A stretch of 44,466 nt of DNA from Basidiobolus meristosporus CBS 931.73 (lineage: Eukaryota > Fungi > Basidiobolomycota), in contig MCFE01000693.1 of the NCBI GenBank assembly GCA_002104905.1, forward strand, positions 1 through 44,466. The letters run 5' to 3'. Under the pieces are notes generated by a model, which did not search any database, was not told the origin of the DNA, and saw only the letters and a list, made by a program, of their open reading frames with translations. Of the stretch, positions 32,843 to 44,466 are shown piece by piece (position 1 is the stretch's first letter; every line of letters begins with the position of its first letter). A program made the translations under genes and the position numbers.

Positions 32843-35800
32843 TGTTGAAATATTGAACTATTTGGTATCATTCAGCAGCTAAAAATTTACTTAACAATTC
32901 TAGGCTAGTCTTAGTCACTGTAGGACTCATTTACTGCCTTAACTTTGCCACTTTCTCTGGATATATGATCTTATGATTATTCCCCTATAGTCAGGATCAA
33001 ATTAGCACTATCACCAAACATTATGTACTAACCCTGAAACAGTTACAGAATGCTCCTGAATATTGAGAAACCCTCCCTACTTGGTGTTGCAGCTGTATTA
33101 CTTCTACAAAGGTATAAATACTGAGCTTCTTTATGAATAAGCAACAGTTCAGCTATTATCACTATTTCTTGAAAAGTTCCTTATATCCAAATCACTTCTT
33201 GAATTGCAACAGGTTATGAGCCCCGATTGCCTTAATCTATTCTAAATATGACTTCTACCAGCAAACAAAGCAATACCAACATCTTCCCTGTAAAGGAGAG
33301 GTTTGATGGGAAGAACTACAGACTTTGGAGAATCAAGATGCAGATCCACCTTGAGGAAAGAAAGCTTTGGAACATAGTAACAGGAAAAGAAGTTGAGCCC
33401 AAAGGAACAGCAGAAGATGTGGAGAAGTTTCAAGAGAAGGAGAGAAAGGCCTTCAATGCCATATCCATCAATGTGCAAGACTCCTTCATTGGACAAATCC
33501 ATGCCTCAAATACTGCCAAAGCAGCATGGGAATCCTTAGAGAAGATCTTTAGAGCAAAGTCAGTATCAAGCAAGCTTTATTTGAAATGAAAGTTCTTCAA
33601 CATGAGGAAGAAGCCAGATGATGACATGCTACAACTCATTACCAGAATGGAGACACTTGCAGAAGACCTTTACAGTATAAATGCTGGTGTAGATGATGAA
33701 GAAAAGATACTCTGTCTGCGTTGCAGCCTACCAGACAAGTATGAGCCACTCACACTTTCTTTTGAAAGCAGAGAAGACAACTTGACTTTAGACTATGTCA
33801 AATGAAGACTTCTCCATGAAGAACTCAGACATAATGATTAAGCAGAGAAAATTGAAGATAATGCTTTGTTCAGGTCAGAAAGGCACTCAGAAAAGAAAGG
33901 AAAGCAACAAAGCCAAGGAAAACCTGGTTGCTGCAACTATTGTAAAAAGCCAGGACACTGGGCAAGAGAATGCAAGAAGAAACAAGCAGACAAAAAACAG
34001 AAATTAGAGAGGTAAACCACATAACTACTGATGAGCAGTTATTTGTAAGCATACAAGATAGTGCAAGTAACCAAAGTAATGAATGGGGTATTAACTCTGG
34101 AGCATCACAGCATATTTGTGGTATAAAGGAGTGGTTCAGCAACTTAAAAACTATTCCCATAAGAAAGGTTTATCTGGGAGATAACTCTGCATTGGAAGCT
34201 ACCGCCAGTGGGTCTATAAAACAAAATATGAGTGATAACTCCGGGGCAACAACAGCAAAACTGACTGACACACTCTATTATACCTGGAATAGCTAAGAAC
34301 CTACTCTCAGTCAGTAAAGCAACTACTCAGGGACTGAAATTAGTTTTTACTTAGCTGGGCTGCTCAATATTGAGTTAAAAGGAACAAAAATTAGCTTTGG
34401 GAATCAGAGATCACAATATATACAAGTTACAATGCTAGATCATTATACCTGAGTATGTCAACATTGCTGAAACTGATGAAACCAACTGGGAGACGTGGCA
34501 TAGGATGCTAGGACACATAGGGGAACAGACAATGAGCCAATTGGGGAAAAATCAACTAGTTTTGGGCCTAAATTACACAACTCCAAACAAATTGAATGTC
34601 TGTAAGGGATTTTCATATGGCAAACAAGCTAGGCAATGTTTCAAGACTTCAGGAGGCATCAATACCACCACAATTCTGGCTATTGTACACTAAGACATAT
34701 GTAGGCCCATGAGAACACTGTCCTTTAGAGCCAAGAGATGCTTTATGATGCTTATTGATGACAAAACAAGATATACACCGGTGTATTTCCTCAAAACAAA
34801 GGATGAAGCTTTAGAGACGCTTAAGCACTTTAAGAACATGGCAGAAATACAAACTGGGTATAAATTGAAGGTACTACAAAGTGATAATGGAGGAGAATAC
34901 TGCTCAAAGGAGTTTGCATAATACTGTTTGTCTGCTGGTATACATCAACAGACCACAGTTCCTCATACTCCACAGCAAAATGGAGTAGCAGAATGTGCAA
35001 ATAGAACAATAGTAGAGATGGGAAGATCTATGCTACATGATAAGGGAATTGACAACAAGTTTTGGGCTGAATCTGTTGCTACCGCTGTATGCATCAATAA
35101 CAGATGCCCAACATCAGCACTACCTGATTCTACACTCTTTCAAGCATATACAGGCAAAAAACCAGATCTCCAGCACCTCAAGATCTTTGGCAGTGATGTT
35201 TTCTATTACATCCCTGACAAAAAATGCTCAAAGTTGGAGCCAACAAGTAGGATAGGGATCTTTCTTGGGTATTGTGAAGATACAAAAGGTTATAGAGTGT
35301 ATGATGGCAAAATTCAGAAGCTGATCAAGAGCAGGGACGTTGTATTTGAGGAGAATTCAGATCAGAAAGCCACAGAAATCATTGGCCAGCTGCCTGATGA
35401 TGCAATGAACACTGATGAAGAAGATATGTACCAAATCCAGCCAGATATGGAAGATACTTCTACTAGTTCCAGATCAGAACAGATTATCCCAGTTAGGAGA
35501 TCTACCAGAATAAGAAATGCCCCTGGATCCTGGTGGTAGATATCCAATGATTACAAAGAAGCTTATTTTGCCTTATGTGCCAAACCTCAGAATTTGGAAC
35601 AGGCAATGCAAAGTCCAGATGATACAAAGTGGCAACAAGCCATGCAGGAGGAGTATCAATCACTGATCAAGGCAAAAACGTGGGAACTGATAATTTTTAC
35701 AATTGGGAGAAAGCCAATAGGATGTAGATGGGTCCACAAAATCAAGATAACCTCAAATGGTGCCATTAATAAGTACAAGGCTAGATTGGTGGCTAAAGGC

Positions 35801-35999
35801 TATTCCCAGATCCAGGGACTAGACTTTAAGGAAACATTTGCTCCGGTTGCCAAGTTTAACTCTATTAGGACAGTTCTAGCCCTGGCAGTTGTACACAGTC
35901 TAGATCTACACCCAATGGACATCAAAACAGCCTTTCTAAATGGGGATTTGCAAGAAGCTATATATATGGAGCAACCTGAAGGTTTTACCAATCCATAAG
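32843..35999 (+). mobile_element. Ty1/copia family 2, copy 2b (5' LTR 32843-33211, PBS, gag, PR, IN, RT N-half)
   Basis: TGTTG...GCAACA LTR, PBS GGTTATGAGCCCC, ORFs 33248 to 35594 (FDGKNYRLW, CNYCKKPGHWAREC, INSGASQH, SDNGGEY, KARLVAKG, MDIKTAFLNGDL). Ends fused to copy 2a. Confidence 0.94.
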
Positions 36000-38900
36000 T
36001 TTGCACACCTTATGGGGGCCATTTGAATTGGTAAAACCTTCAGGTTGCTCCATATATATAGCTTCTTGCAGATCCCCATTTAGAAAGGCTGTTTTGACAT
36101 CAATTTGGTGTAGATCTACACTGTGTACAGCTGACAGGGCTAGAACTGTCCTAATTAAATCAAACTTGGCAACCAGAGCAAATTTTTCTCTAAAGTCTAG
36201 TCCTTGTATCTGGGAATAGCCTTTAGCCACCAATCTAGCCTTATACTTATCAACGGCACCATTTGAGGTTATCTTGATCTTGTAGACCCATCTACATACT
36301 ATTGGCTTTCTCCCATTTGGTAAATCTAACAGTTCCCACATTTTTGCCTTGATCAGTGATTGGTACTCCTTCTTCATGGCTTGTTGCCACATAGTGGCAT
36401 CTGGACTTTGCATTGCCAGTTCCAAATTCTGAGGTTTGGCACATAAGGCAAGATAAGCTTCTTCATGATCATTGGATGTCTGTCACCAGGATCCAGGCGC
36501 ATTTCTTATTCTGGTAGATCTCCCAACTGAGATAATCTGCTCTGATCTGGAACTGGCAGAATTATCATCCATATCTGACTGAGCTAGGCGCATATCTTCA
36601 TCATTAGTGTTGTTTGCATCATCAGGTAGCTGGCCAATGATTTCAGTGGCTTTGGGATCTTAATACTCCTCAGATACAACGTCCCTGCTCTTGATCAGCT
36701 TCTGAATTTTGCCATCATACACTCTACACCCTTTAGTATCTTCACAATACCCAAGAAAGATCCCTATCCTACTTGTTGGCTCCAACTTTGAGCATTTTTT
36801 GTCAGGGATGTAATAGAAAACATCACTGCCAAAGATCTTGAGGTGCTGGAGATCTGGTTTTTTGCCTGTATATGCTTCAAAAGGTGTACAATTATGTAGT
36901 GTTGTTGTAGGACATATATTCTTAATGTTTATTGCGGTAGCAACAGATTCAGCCCAAAACCTGTGGGCCATTCCCTTATCATGTAGCATAGATCTTCCCA
37001 TCTCTACTATTGTTCTATTTGCGCATTCTCCTACTGCATTTATTGTGGAGTATGAGGAACTGTGGTCTGTTAAAGTATACCAGTAGATGAGTAGCATTTT
37101 GCAAACTCCTTTGAACAGTATTCTCCTCCATTGTCACTTTGTAGTACCTTCAATTTACACTCAGTTTGTGTTTCCTCTATGTTCTTAAAGTGCTTAAGTG
37201 TCTCTAAGGCTTTATCCTTTGTTTTGAGGAAGTACACCATTGTATATCTTGTTTTGTCATCTATCAATGTCATTAAGTATCTCTTGGCTCCAAAGAACAG
37301 TGTTCTCATGGGCCCACATATGTCTTAGTGTACAATAGCCCACATTTTGGTGGTATTGATGCCTTCTGAGCTCCTGAAATGTTGCCTGGCTTGTTGCCCA
37401 TGAGAACATCCCTTACAAACATTCAATTTGATTGGAATTGAGTAGTGCAGGCCCAAAACAGGTTGATTTTTCACCAATTGGCTCATTTTCTTTTCCCAAA
37501 TGTGTCCTAGCCTCCTCTGCCACATCTTCCAGTTTGCTTCATCAGTTTCAGCAATGTTGACATACTCAGGTACAATGATCTTGCATTGTAACTTGTATAT
37601 ATTGTGATCTCTGATTCCCAAAGCTAATTGTGTCCATTTTCACTCAATATTGAGCAGCGCATCATAGTAAAAACAAGTTTCAGTCCCTGAGCTGTTGCTT
37701 TACTGACCAAGAGTAGGTTCTTAGCTATTCCAGGTACATAGAGTTTGTCAGTCAGTTTTGCTGTTGTTGCCCCTGAGCTACTGCTCATACTTAGTTATAT
37801 AGACCCTCTGGCAGTAGCTTTCAGAGCAGAGTTAACTCCCAGATAAACCTTTCTTATGGGAATAGTTTTTAAGTTGCTGAACCACTCCTTTATACAACAA
37901 ATATGCTGTGATGCTCCAGAGTTAATACCCCATTCATTACTTTGGTTACTTGCACTCTCTTGTATGCTTACAAATAACTGTTCATCAGTAGTTATGTGGT
38001 TTACCTCTCTAATTTCTGTTTTTTGTCTGCTTGTTTCTTCTTGCATTCTCTTGCCCAGTGTCCTGGCTTTTTACAATAGTTGCAGCAACCAGGTTTTCCT
38101 TGGCTTTGTTGCTTTCCTTTCTTTTCTGAGTGCCTTTCTGACCTGAACAAAGCATTATCTTCAATTTTCTCTGCTTGATCATTCCGTCTGAGTTCTTCAT
38201 GGAGAAGTCTTCCTTTGACATAGTCTAAAGTCAAGTTGTCTTCTCCGCTTTCAAAAGAAAGTATTGGTGGCTCATACTTGTCTGGTGGGCTGTAAAGCAG
38301 AGAGTGTATCTTTTCTTCATCATCTACGCAAGCATTAATACTGTAAAGTTGTTTTGCTAGTGACTCCATTCTGGTAATGAGCTGTAGCATGTCATCATCT
38401 GGCTTCTTCCTCATGTTGACAAACTTTTGTTTTAAATAAAACTTGCTTGAAACCAACTTTGCGCTAAATATTGTTTCTAAGGACTCCTATGCTGCTTTGG
38501 CAGTATTTGAGGCATGATTAGTCCAGTGAAGGAATCTTGCACATTGATACATATGGCATTAAAGCCCTTTCTCTCCTTCTCTTGAAACTTCTCCACTTCT
38601 TCTGCTGTTGCTTTGGGTGCAACTTCTTTTCCTGTAACTATATTCCAAGGCTTCCTTTCCTTAAGGTGGATCTGCATATTGATTCTCCAAAGTTTGTAGT
38701 TCATTCCTTCAAGCCTCTCCTTCACAGGGAAGATATTTGTGTTGTTCTGTTTGCTGATAGAAGTCATCTTTAGAATTGATTAAGACAATTGGGGCTCTTA
38801 GCCTGCTGCAACTTAACAAGTGATTTGGATATAAGGAACTTATCAAGAGATAGTGATAATAGCTGAACTGTTGTTTATTAATAGAGAAGCTCAATATTTA

Positions 38901-39172
38901 TACCTTTGCAGAAGTAATAATGCTGTAGCACTAAGTAAGGAGGGTTTCTCAATATTCAGGAGCATTCTGTAACAGTTTCAGGGTTAGTACATAATGTTTA
39001 GTAACAGTGCTAATTTGATCCTGACCATAGGGGAATAATCATAAGATCATAGATCTGAAGAAAGTGGCAAAGTTAGAGGGGTAAATTAGTCCCACAGTGA
39101 CCAAGACTAGTCCAGAATTGTTAAGTAAATTCTTAGCTGCTGAATGATATCAAATAGTCCAATATTATAACA
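32843..39172. repeat. ~6.3-kb imperfect palindrome formed by copia 2b and 2a
   Basis: Arms mirror each other LTR to RT. Inner arms ggttttaccaat (35981-35992) and attggtaaaacc (36027-36038). Inner stem ccataag/cttatgg with a 9-nt loop. Confidence 0.93.
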
Positions 39173-40579
39173 GTTTTCTCCTTGTTAAATGCTGCTCTTA
39201 TGCATCTGGTTTGGCCTGCTTGTTCCTTGCTGGCACTCTGTGGGCAACCTGATACATGTTTCCTGCTTGTTTCAAGTTCACAGTCTATGCTGTGACAGGC
39301 TCCTGAGGTTGCTGCTTGTTTTTATCACTGCCAGGTCCTTGACTGCTACATTGACTGAGTGCTTCCTGAATACAAGTATGCTTTTCCTTGGTAAATGTTG
39401 TGCTGGTGCATCTGTGACTGCCTGCTTTTCCCTTATTGGCACTCTTTCAGCTACCTGATGTCTCTTTGACACATGATTGGGGCTTTTGGCCCAGCTTGTA
39501 GCAGGCTATTGAGGAAGGCGTGGATTTTTGGCTGTTGCATCCTTGTTTTTCTGCCTTTGCTAGTTTCTGCTATTCTTGAGTTACTTTCTTAGCATACCAT
39601 TGCTGGCCCAAAAACTGTTTGCTTGTTTGAATCCATGATAATGCTCATGGAGCAAGTCAATCACATTCAGCTTGGCCATGAGCTCCTGGTGATTCTATAG
39701 TATGCAGGCCATAAGGTATTGGTGGCTATACTTTTAATGGTCTCTTGAATATCAGTCCACTCTTAATCAGTGCACTTGATGGCTTCACAAATCTTCAATG
39801 TCTTTTGATTTTTAGGCTTTGGTATAAACACTACATTCTTTCCTTCCCATGCTTTAATAGGTTTTTTGGTGGACTTTATCTTTGAGCACCAATGTTGTGT
39901 TACAAAGACTGTTCAGTGTTTCTCTGCTGCTACATTGGGAAATGGCTTAATTTTTGGCAGTGACATTCAGCAACCTGAGTTCCTTTTTTGCAGCAAGGAT
40001 ACTGCATTCTCCACCTGGGATTTTGATTGCTCTGCAACATTAAATCCACTCATTCTGTTTTTGGACTTTTTTATGATTTCTCTGGGCCATTACATCTATC
40101 CTATTGGCCACTGCATCTAATTGCCTCAGTTGTACCTTGCCATGAGCTGACAGCATACTTGCTTATATGGGTTGTGGAGATGTTGTGACAGTCACTTGCT
40201 GGTCTTTAACTGAGGGTACTGCGTTTGCTTCATTCTCATCTGCCTCAGTATAATGGTCAGCTTGTGGCTCTGCAGAGATTCCCAATTGCCTACTTGCCTG
40301 AGAGCCTAAGGAGTCCATATCATTCCCTGCAGTAGGCACACTGTCCACAGGGCCTATTTTGGTTGTAACCTTGCTTGTTGCGCAGAATGTCAATGCAAGC
40401 TGTTGTCCAACCATTCTTCTGCTGCTGTTAGTGGTGGGGTTTGGTTGGGAACCAGAAAATTTGCTTTATTTTTTGGTGGCAAAAATATAGAAGTAAGTCA
40501 AACCAAAGGGAAACAGTGTTTCATATATGTGTAAATGTAATGCCACAACATTTTTAAAATGCTTACTATGACAGGTCAT
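39173..40579 (-). pseudogene. ORF2 N-terminal and central part, copy B/C; predicted intron 40464-40566
   Basis: Collinear with 7240-8640. ORFs 40163..40414 and 39278..39472. The spliced 13-nt first exon joins in frame to ORF 40163..40414. Confidence 0.72.
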
Positions 40580-40994
40580 CACTGAAATGTATATTCATAT
40601 AGGTGCAATGTCTCAAATACAAAATTATCTTAGATTTATATGAGTTTTGACAGAAAAGTGATATAATAGCATTATGTCATTGAGTGTCAAGCTGTTTACC
40701 CCATGGAAAAGAGTACCTTGATTCAATGATTTAAGAGAAGAGAAAAAAGAAAATGTGGCTATTGCAGCAAGCCTCTGAGCCATTAAGCACTCACACAGCA
40801 TTGGAAGTAGTACAAGGATTACAGCCAGTGTTTTGCCACACAAGTCATATTTGACCATTCACCAGTCAGTACTGTACCAACAAAATCTTGCCAACCACTT
40901 GATACTTCTATATTGGCATCTGGCCATCATTGTTGCCTTGCATAAACTGAGTCATGAGAGTTTGTAATGCCTTTGGGCTCACCCTAACCTTGTT

Positions 40995-41467
40995 AATATG
41001 GCATGCAGAGAGATAGCTCTGAAGAAGCAGGCTCACTGAGGGATTGTGAGCCTATCTCCCCTAACAACAGTAATCCGCATGAGTCCAGCAATATCCCATT
41101 ATACAATGAGACAACACCTGTGGAAAAAAATGCCAAGGATACTTTATGGAAACAAGTGAGCCCAGTGATCCATCTATTGGTGAATGATGTTATGTTGTGG
41201 CTGGAGAAGTGATGCTTTTCCACTAATATCAGTGATGGGGGCTTTGAGGATTTACTACTACTTCTTGCAAATCATCTAGGGATGCAGCTTACCATGTACA
41301 TGGTACAAATGGACACCTGTCATGTGGCTGGCAACTGGTTTAAGTGCAAAACCATCATGCTGCTGTAAACATACAACCCAGAGACCATCCCAATGCCAGC
41401 CTGTATTAACAGTTGCATGGCTTTTACCTTAGAAAATGCCACCATTGCAAGGTGTCCAACTTGTCAG
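40995..41467 (+). pseudogene. CMC/CACTA transposase N-terminus, copy C, cut by gypsy copy 4
   Basis: Inverted homolog of 6852-6390. Reads MLWLEK*CFSTNISDGGFEDLLLLLANHL...ACINSCMAFTLENATIARCPTCQ. Confidence 0.85.
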
Positions 41468-44466
41468 TGTTACAAGTCTTGGTATAAGAGTTGTAGAGGA
41501 ATAGAGAGTTTAGCTAGTATTGTAATCACTAAAACTTGAACTGATTTTTATTGAGGATCCAGCAGCTCCTTATATACATTTTGCCTGATCAATTACTGAC
41601 TAATTGTATTTCCTAATGTAGGTTGTGGCTGATGACTCATTTGATTGCATCATCATCACCTAATAAAATCCTACTTAATATATCTATTTCTGTCTGATAA
41701 GGATCTGCTGATTGATTTGCTGACTAATGCTACTGATTTGATAGATATTACTAATATACTGATAACCCAAACATTTACTAATTGATTTGACTAAAAACTG
41801 ATCTAACTTAAACATTCAAGCGGCAGATCATAACATTCTCCCCTACTAAAGGTGAGAGGGTTCTCCTGAATCTCTTTTCTTGTGATAACAATATCTTGAT
41901 GGTTCAGTATTATCAGCAAGTCTTGCAAGCTTGAGTCTGTCCCTATGCACTAAGTGTTCCCGGATATTGCCTTGTTTGGCCACCAGTTGGTAAGTTGCAA
42001 ATGGACATTCTCTGATGATACTGAATGGTCCTGTCCATTGTGGCTCAAACTTCTTCCAAGTGTTGTTTCTTAGCAATACCAAGCTCCCAACTGTCAATGC
42101 TTCTGGTGCTATAGTCTTATCAAATCTCTGCTTCATCTTTTCTGCACTTTGAGATACTCTGGTCTGTGCCTTTTGACATCTTTGTTTCAGTTGCTGGTGT
42201 CTACTTGGCTGACTGAGTTCATTGTCTAAGGTGTCTGTAAGCTTTGGTTGTGTGAGATCTCCTGGAATCCTTGGTTCACATCCATACACTAAGTAAAATG
42301 GTGATTGCTAAGTGGTGTTGTGTACTCTGACTCTGCATGTAAAGAGTGCTTAGTCTATACACTCATCCCATCTACTGACAACTCCATTTGCATACTTGGC
42401 CAGCATTTTTCCAAATAATCCATTAAACTGCTCAGTGACTCCATTAGTTCTGGGGTGATATGCCAAGGTTTTCAAGTGTCTGATCTGCTGCATTTCCAGG
42501 TAAGCCTCTAATGTCTTTGCCATAAAGTTTAATCCTCTGACAGATAAGATCTCCACAGGGCATCCAAACTTCATCAGGATCTAATGGTAAATGAAACTTG
42601 CAACTTCTTGTTCACTGGCTATTGGTACAGCTTTAGCAACTGGCCATTTAGTGGCATGGTAAATTGCTACTAGGATCCAATGGTTGCATCTCCTGGTAGT
42701 TGGCAGTCTTCCAATAAAGTCAATTCCCCATCTTTCAAATGGACTTACAGGCTCCAAGGGAAGGAGTTTGGCAATTCTCTGTGATTGGCTTTGGTTGATT
42801 TGGCAATATGGGCATGTTTTCACTAGCTTCTCAATGTCTTGTTTCATTCTGGGCCACCATGCTCTGGCTTTCACAAGGCTATAGGTTCCTTCAATCCCAA
42901 GATGTCCATATCCATTGTGTAGCTTATGTATTAAGTCCAGGCAAGCAACATAAGGACAATAGGCAATAGGGCTTCCATCAACAATTTGGTAGAGTGTTTC
43001 ATCCGGTACAACAAATTTGCTGGCTTCATCCTGCATTATTTTCCTTATCTCTTCATCCACCTCATTAGGAATGGCTTGGTCCTCAAAGTACTTTGGTGAT
43101 AGACTAGGCCAATCTGATTCATGCACCAAGTTGAGTTGTGCAACTTGATCTAATCTTGATAAGGCATCTGCAACCATGCTGTTTTTTCTAGGGCAGTAGA
43201 CAATCTCCAGGTCCAATTGCTGAATATATTCACTCCATCTTGTCATTCTTCTAGAGAGTACCTTCTGAGTAAATATATACTTGAGGGAGGCATGATCAGT
43301 CTTCACAGTGCATTTGACTCCTTCAATATAGCATCTCCATGTCTTCAAACAGTGTATTATAGCAAGCATCTCCTTCTCATGGACTGGATAGTTATGCTCT
43401 GCTGAGTTCAGTTTCTTGGATTCAAAGGCAACTTGGTAGTCCTTTCCCATGTGTTCTTAGCTCAGCACTCCACCAATTGCATAATCTGAAGCATCTGTGC
43501 ACAGAGTGAACTCTTTTCTGAAGTCTGGTATTCTTAAGCTTATCAGCCTAGCAAGTTCATTCTTGAGCATCTGGAAGGCAGTCTCACAAGCTATGTCCCA
43601 CTTGTAGGTATTTTCTTTCTTGAGTATATCAGTTAAAGGGGCTGCAATACTTGCAAACAATTTGACAAATCTCCAATAATAGGAAACCATTGCAAGGAAT
43701 GATCTGAGCTCTGATATGCTATGGTGCTGCTTCAGATTCTTGATAACTTCCACCTTCTTGGGGTCTAAGGTTACTCCTGTGCTAGTCACTATGTGTCCCA
43801 GATATTCAATGTGTTCCTTGAAGAATTCACACTCGGGTAGCTTGCCATAAAGCTTGTTCTCTCTTAGCTTCTTCAAGACCTTTTCAATGTGCACCACGTG
43901 ATCCTCTTCTGTCTTGCTGTATATCAATATGTCATCCAGGTAGATTATCACAAACCTGTCTAAATACTCCTGAAAGACAGTCTGCATCAGGGTCATGAAT
44001 GTTGGAGGGGCATTAGTGAGGCCAAAACTCATGACTAAGCACTCGTAATGTCCATATCTGGTCCTGAATGCTGTCGTAGGGATATATTCTGGTTTCACCC
44101 TAGTCTGGTTGTATCCTGACATGAGGTCAATCTTGCTGAAAATAGTGGCTCCATTAAGTTGGTCCAAAAGCTCATCAATCCAATGTATGGGGTACTTATT
44201 CTTGACGGTAACTGAGTTCAGGGCTCTGTAGTCAAAGCACATCCTAAGTGTTCCATCCTTCTTTTTCACAAAAAGCACTGGTGCTCCCCAGGGTGACTTG
44301 CTGGGCCTGATGTATCCTTGCTCCAATAGCTGATCTATTTGTCACTTCATTTCCTCCAATTCCAATGGACTCATTCTGTAAGGGTGTCTTGCTTACTGGA
44401 GGGCTATCTCCTGTGTCAATGGCATGATCCACATCTCTGACTGGTAGTAGGCTTACAAGCTCATCC
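41468..44466 (-). mobile_element. Ty3/gypsy copy 4 (3' LTR 41468-41835, IN, RH, RT; runs off the window end)
   Basis: Best-preserved copy. ORFs 43457..44326 ([44 protein letters not shown]), 42581..43450, 42350..42574, 41846..42289. Confidence 0.96.

Larger units (their letters stand above)
29895..39172 (-). mobile_element. Ty1/copia family 2, copy 2a, two LTRs, TSD GTTTT, hosting nested elements
   Basis: LTRs 29895-30263 and 38804-39172 (369 bp). GTTTT at 29890-29894 and 39173-39177. PPT complement ctccccctcaac at 30264. RNase H end at 30276-30428. RT/IN/PR/gag at 36000-38767. Confidence 0.94.

Noticed and set aside
29895-33211. Equal 369-bp LTR length in the gypsy and copia-2 families
   Set aside because: The two LTRs show no sequence similarity, so this is treated as coincidence.
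1-44466. The many 60-110-aa ORFs as independent small genes
   Set aside because: They are antisense or off-frame shadows of TE coding regions, and recur only because the parent TE copies recur.
1-44466. Stop codons as evidence of an alternative genetic code or programmed readthrough
   Set aside because: Stops fall at Arg, Gln and Trp codons, use all three stop types, mostly differ between copies and are accompanied by frameshifts, which fits deamination decay.
1-44466. CRISPR array, tRNA, rRNA or intact host gene
   Set aside because: No repeat-spacer array, cloverleaf, rRNA signature or intact non-TE gene was seen. tRNA complementarity is limited to the primer-binding sites.

Overview
A eukaryotic, probably fungal, transposable-element graveyard with no recognisable host gene, tRNA, rRNA or CRISPR array. 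Almost every base belongs to nested, decayed elements, and CG dinucleotides are visibly rare. There are four minus-strand copies of one Ty3/gypsy family with 369-bp LTRs. Two Ty1/copia families carry the half-tRNA-iMet primer site GGTTATGAGCCC. There are also two unrelated orphan or solo LTRs, a DDE_Tnp_4 (Harbinger/ISL2EU-like) transposase remnant and a ~300-bp TIR element. The oldest layer is two copies of a CMC/CACTA-type (Transposase_21) DNA transposon. In both copies the transposase lies head-to-head, about 390 bp apart, with an unrecognised accessory gene (ORF2, ~680 aa) that probably has an intron. A second, inverted transposase piece follows ORF2 in both copies. The second copy can be reassembled across a 9.3-kb nested insertion through a GTTTT target-site duplication (TSD). 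The other striking structure is a ~6.3-kb imperfect palindrome (32843-39172) made of two inward-facing copia halves fused at the same point in reverse transcriptase. Identities quoted are by-eye estimates, and no database search was run.
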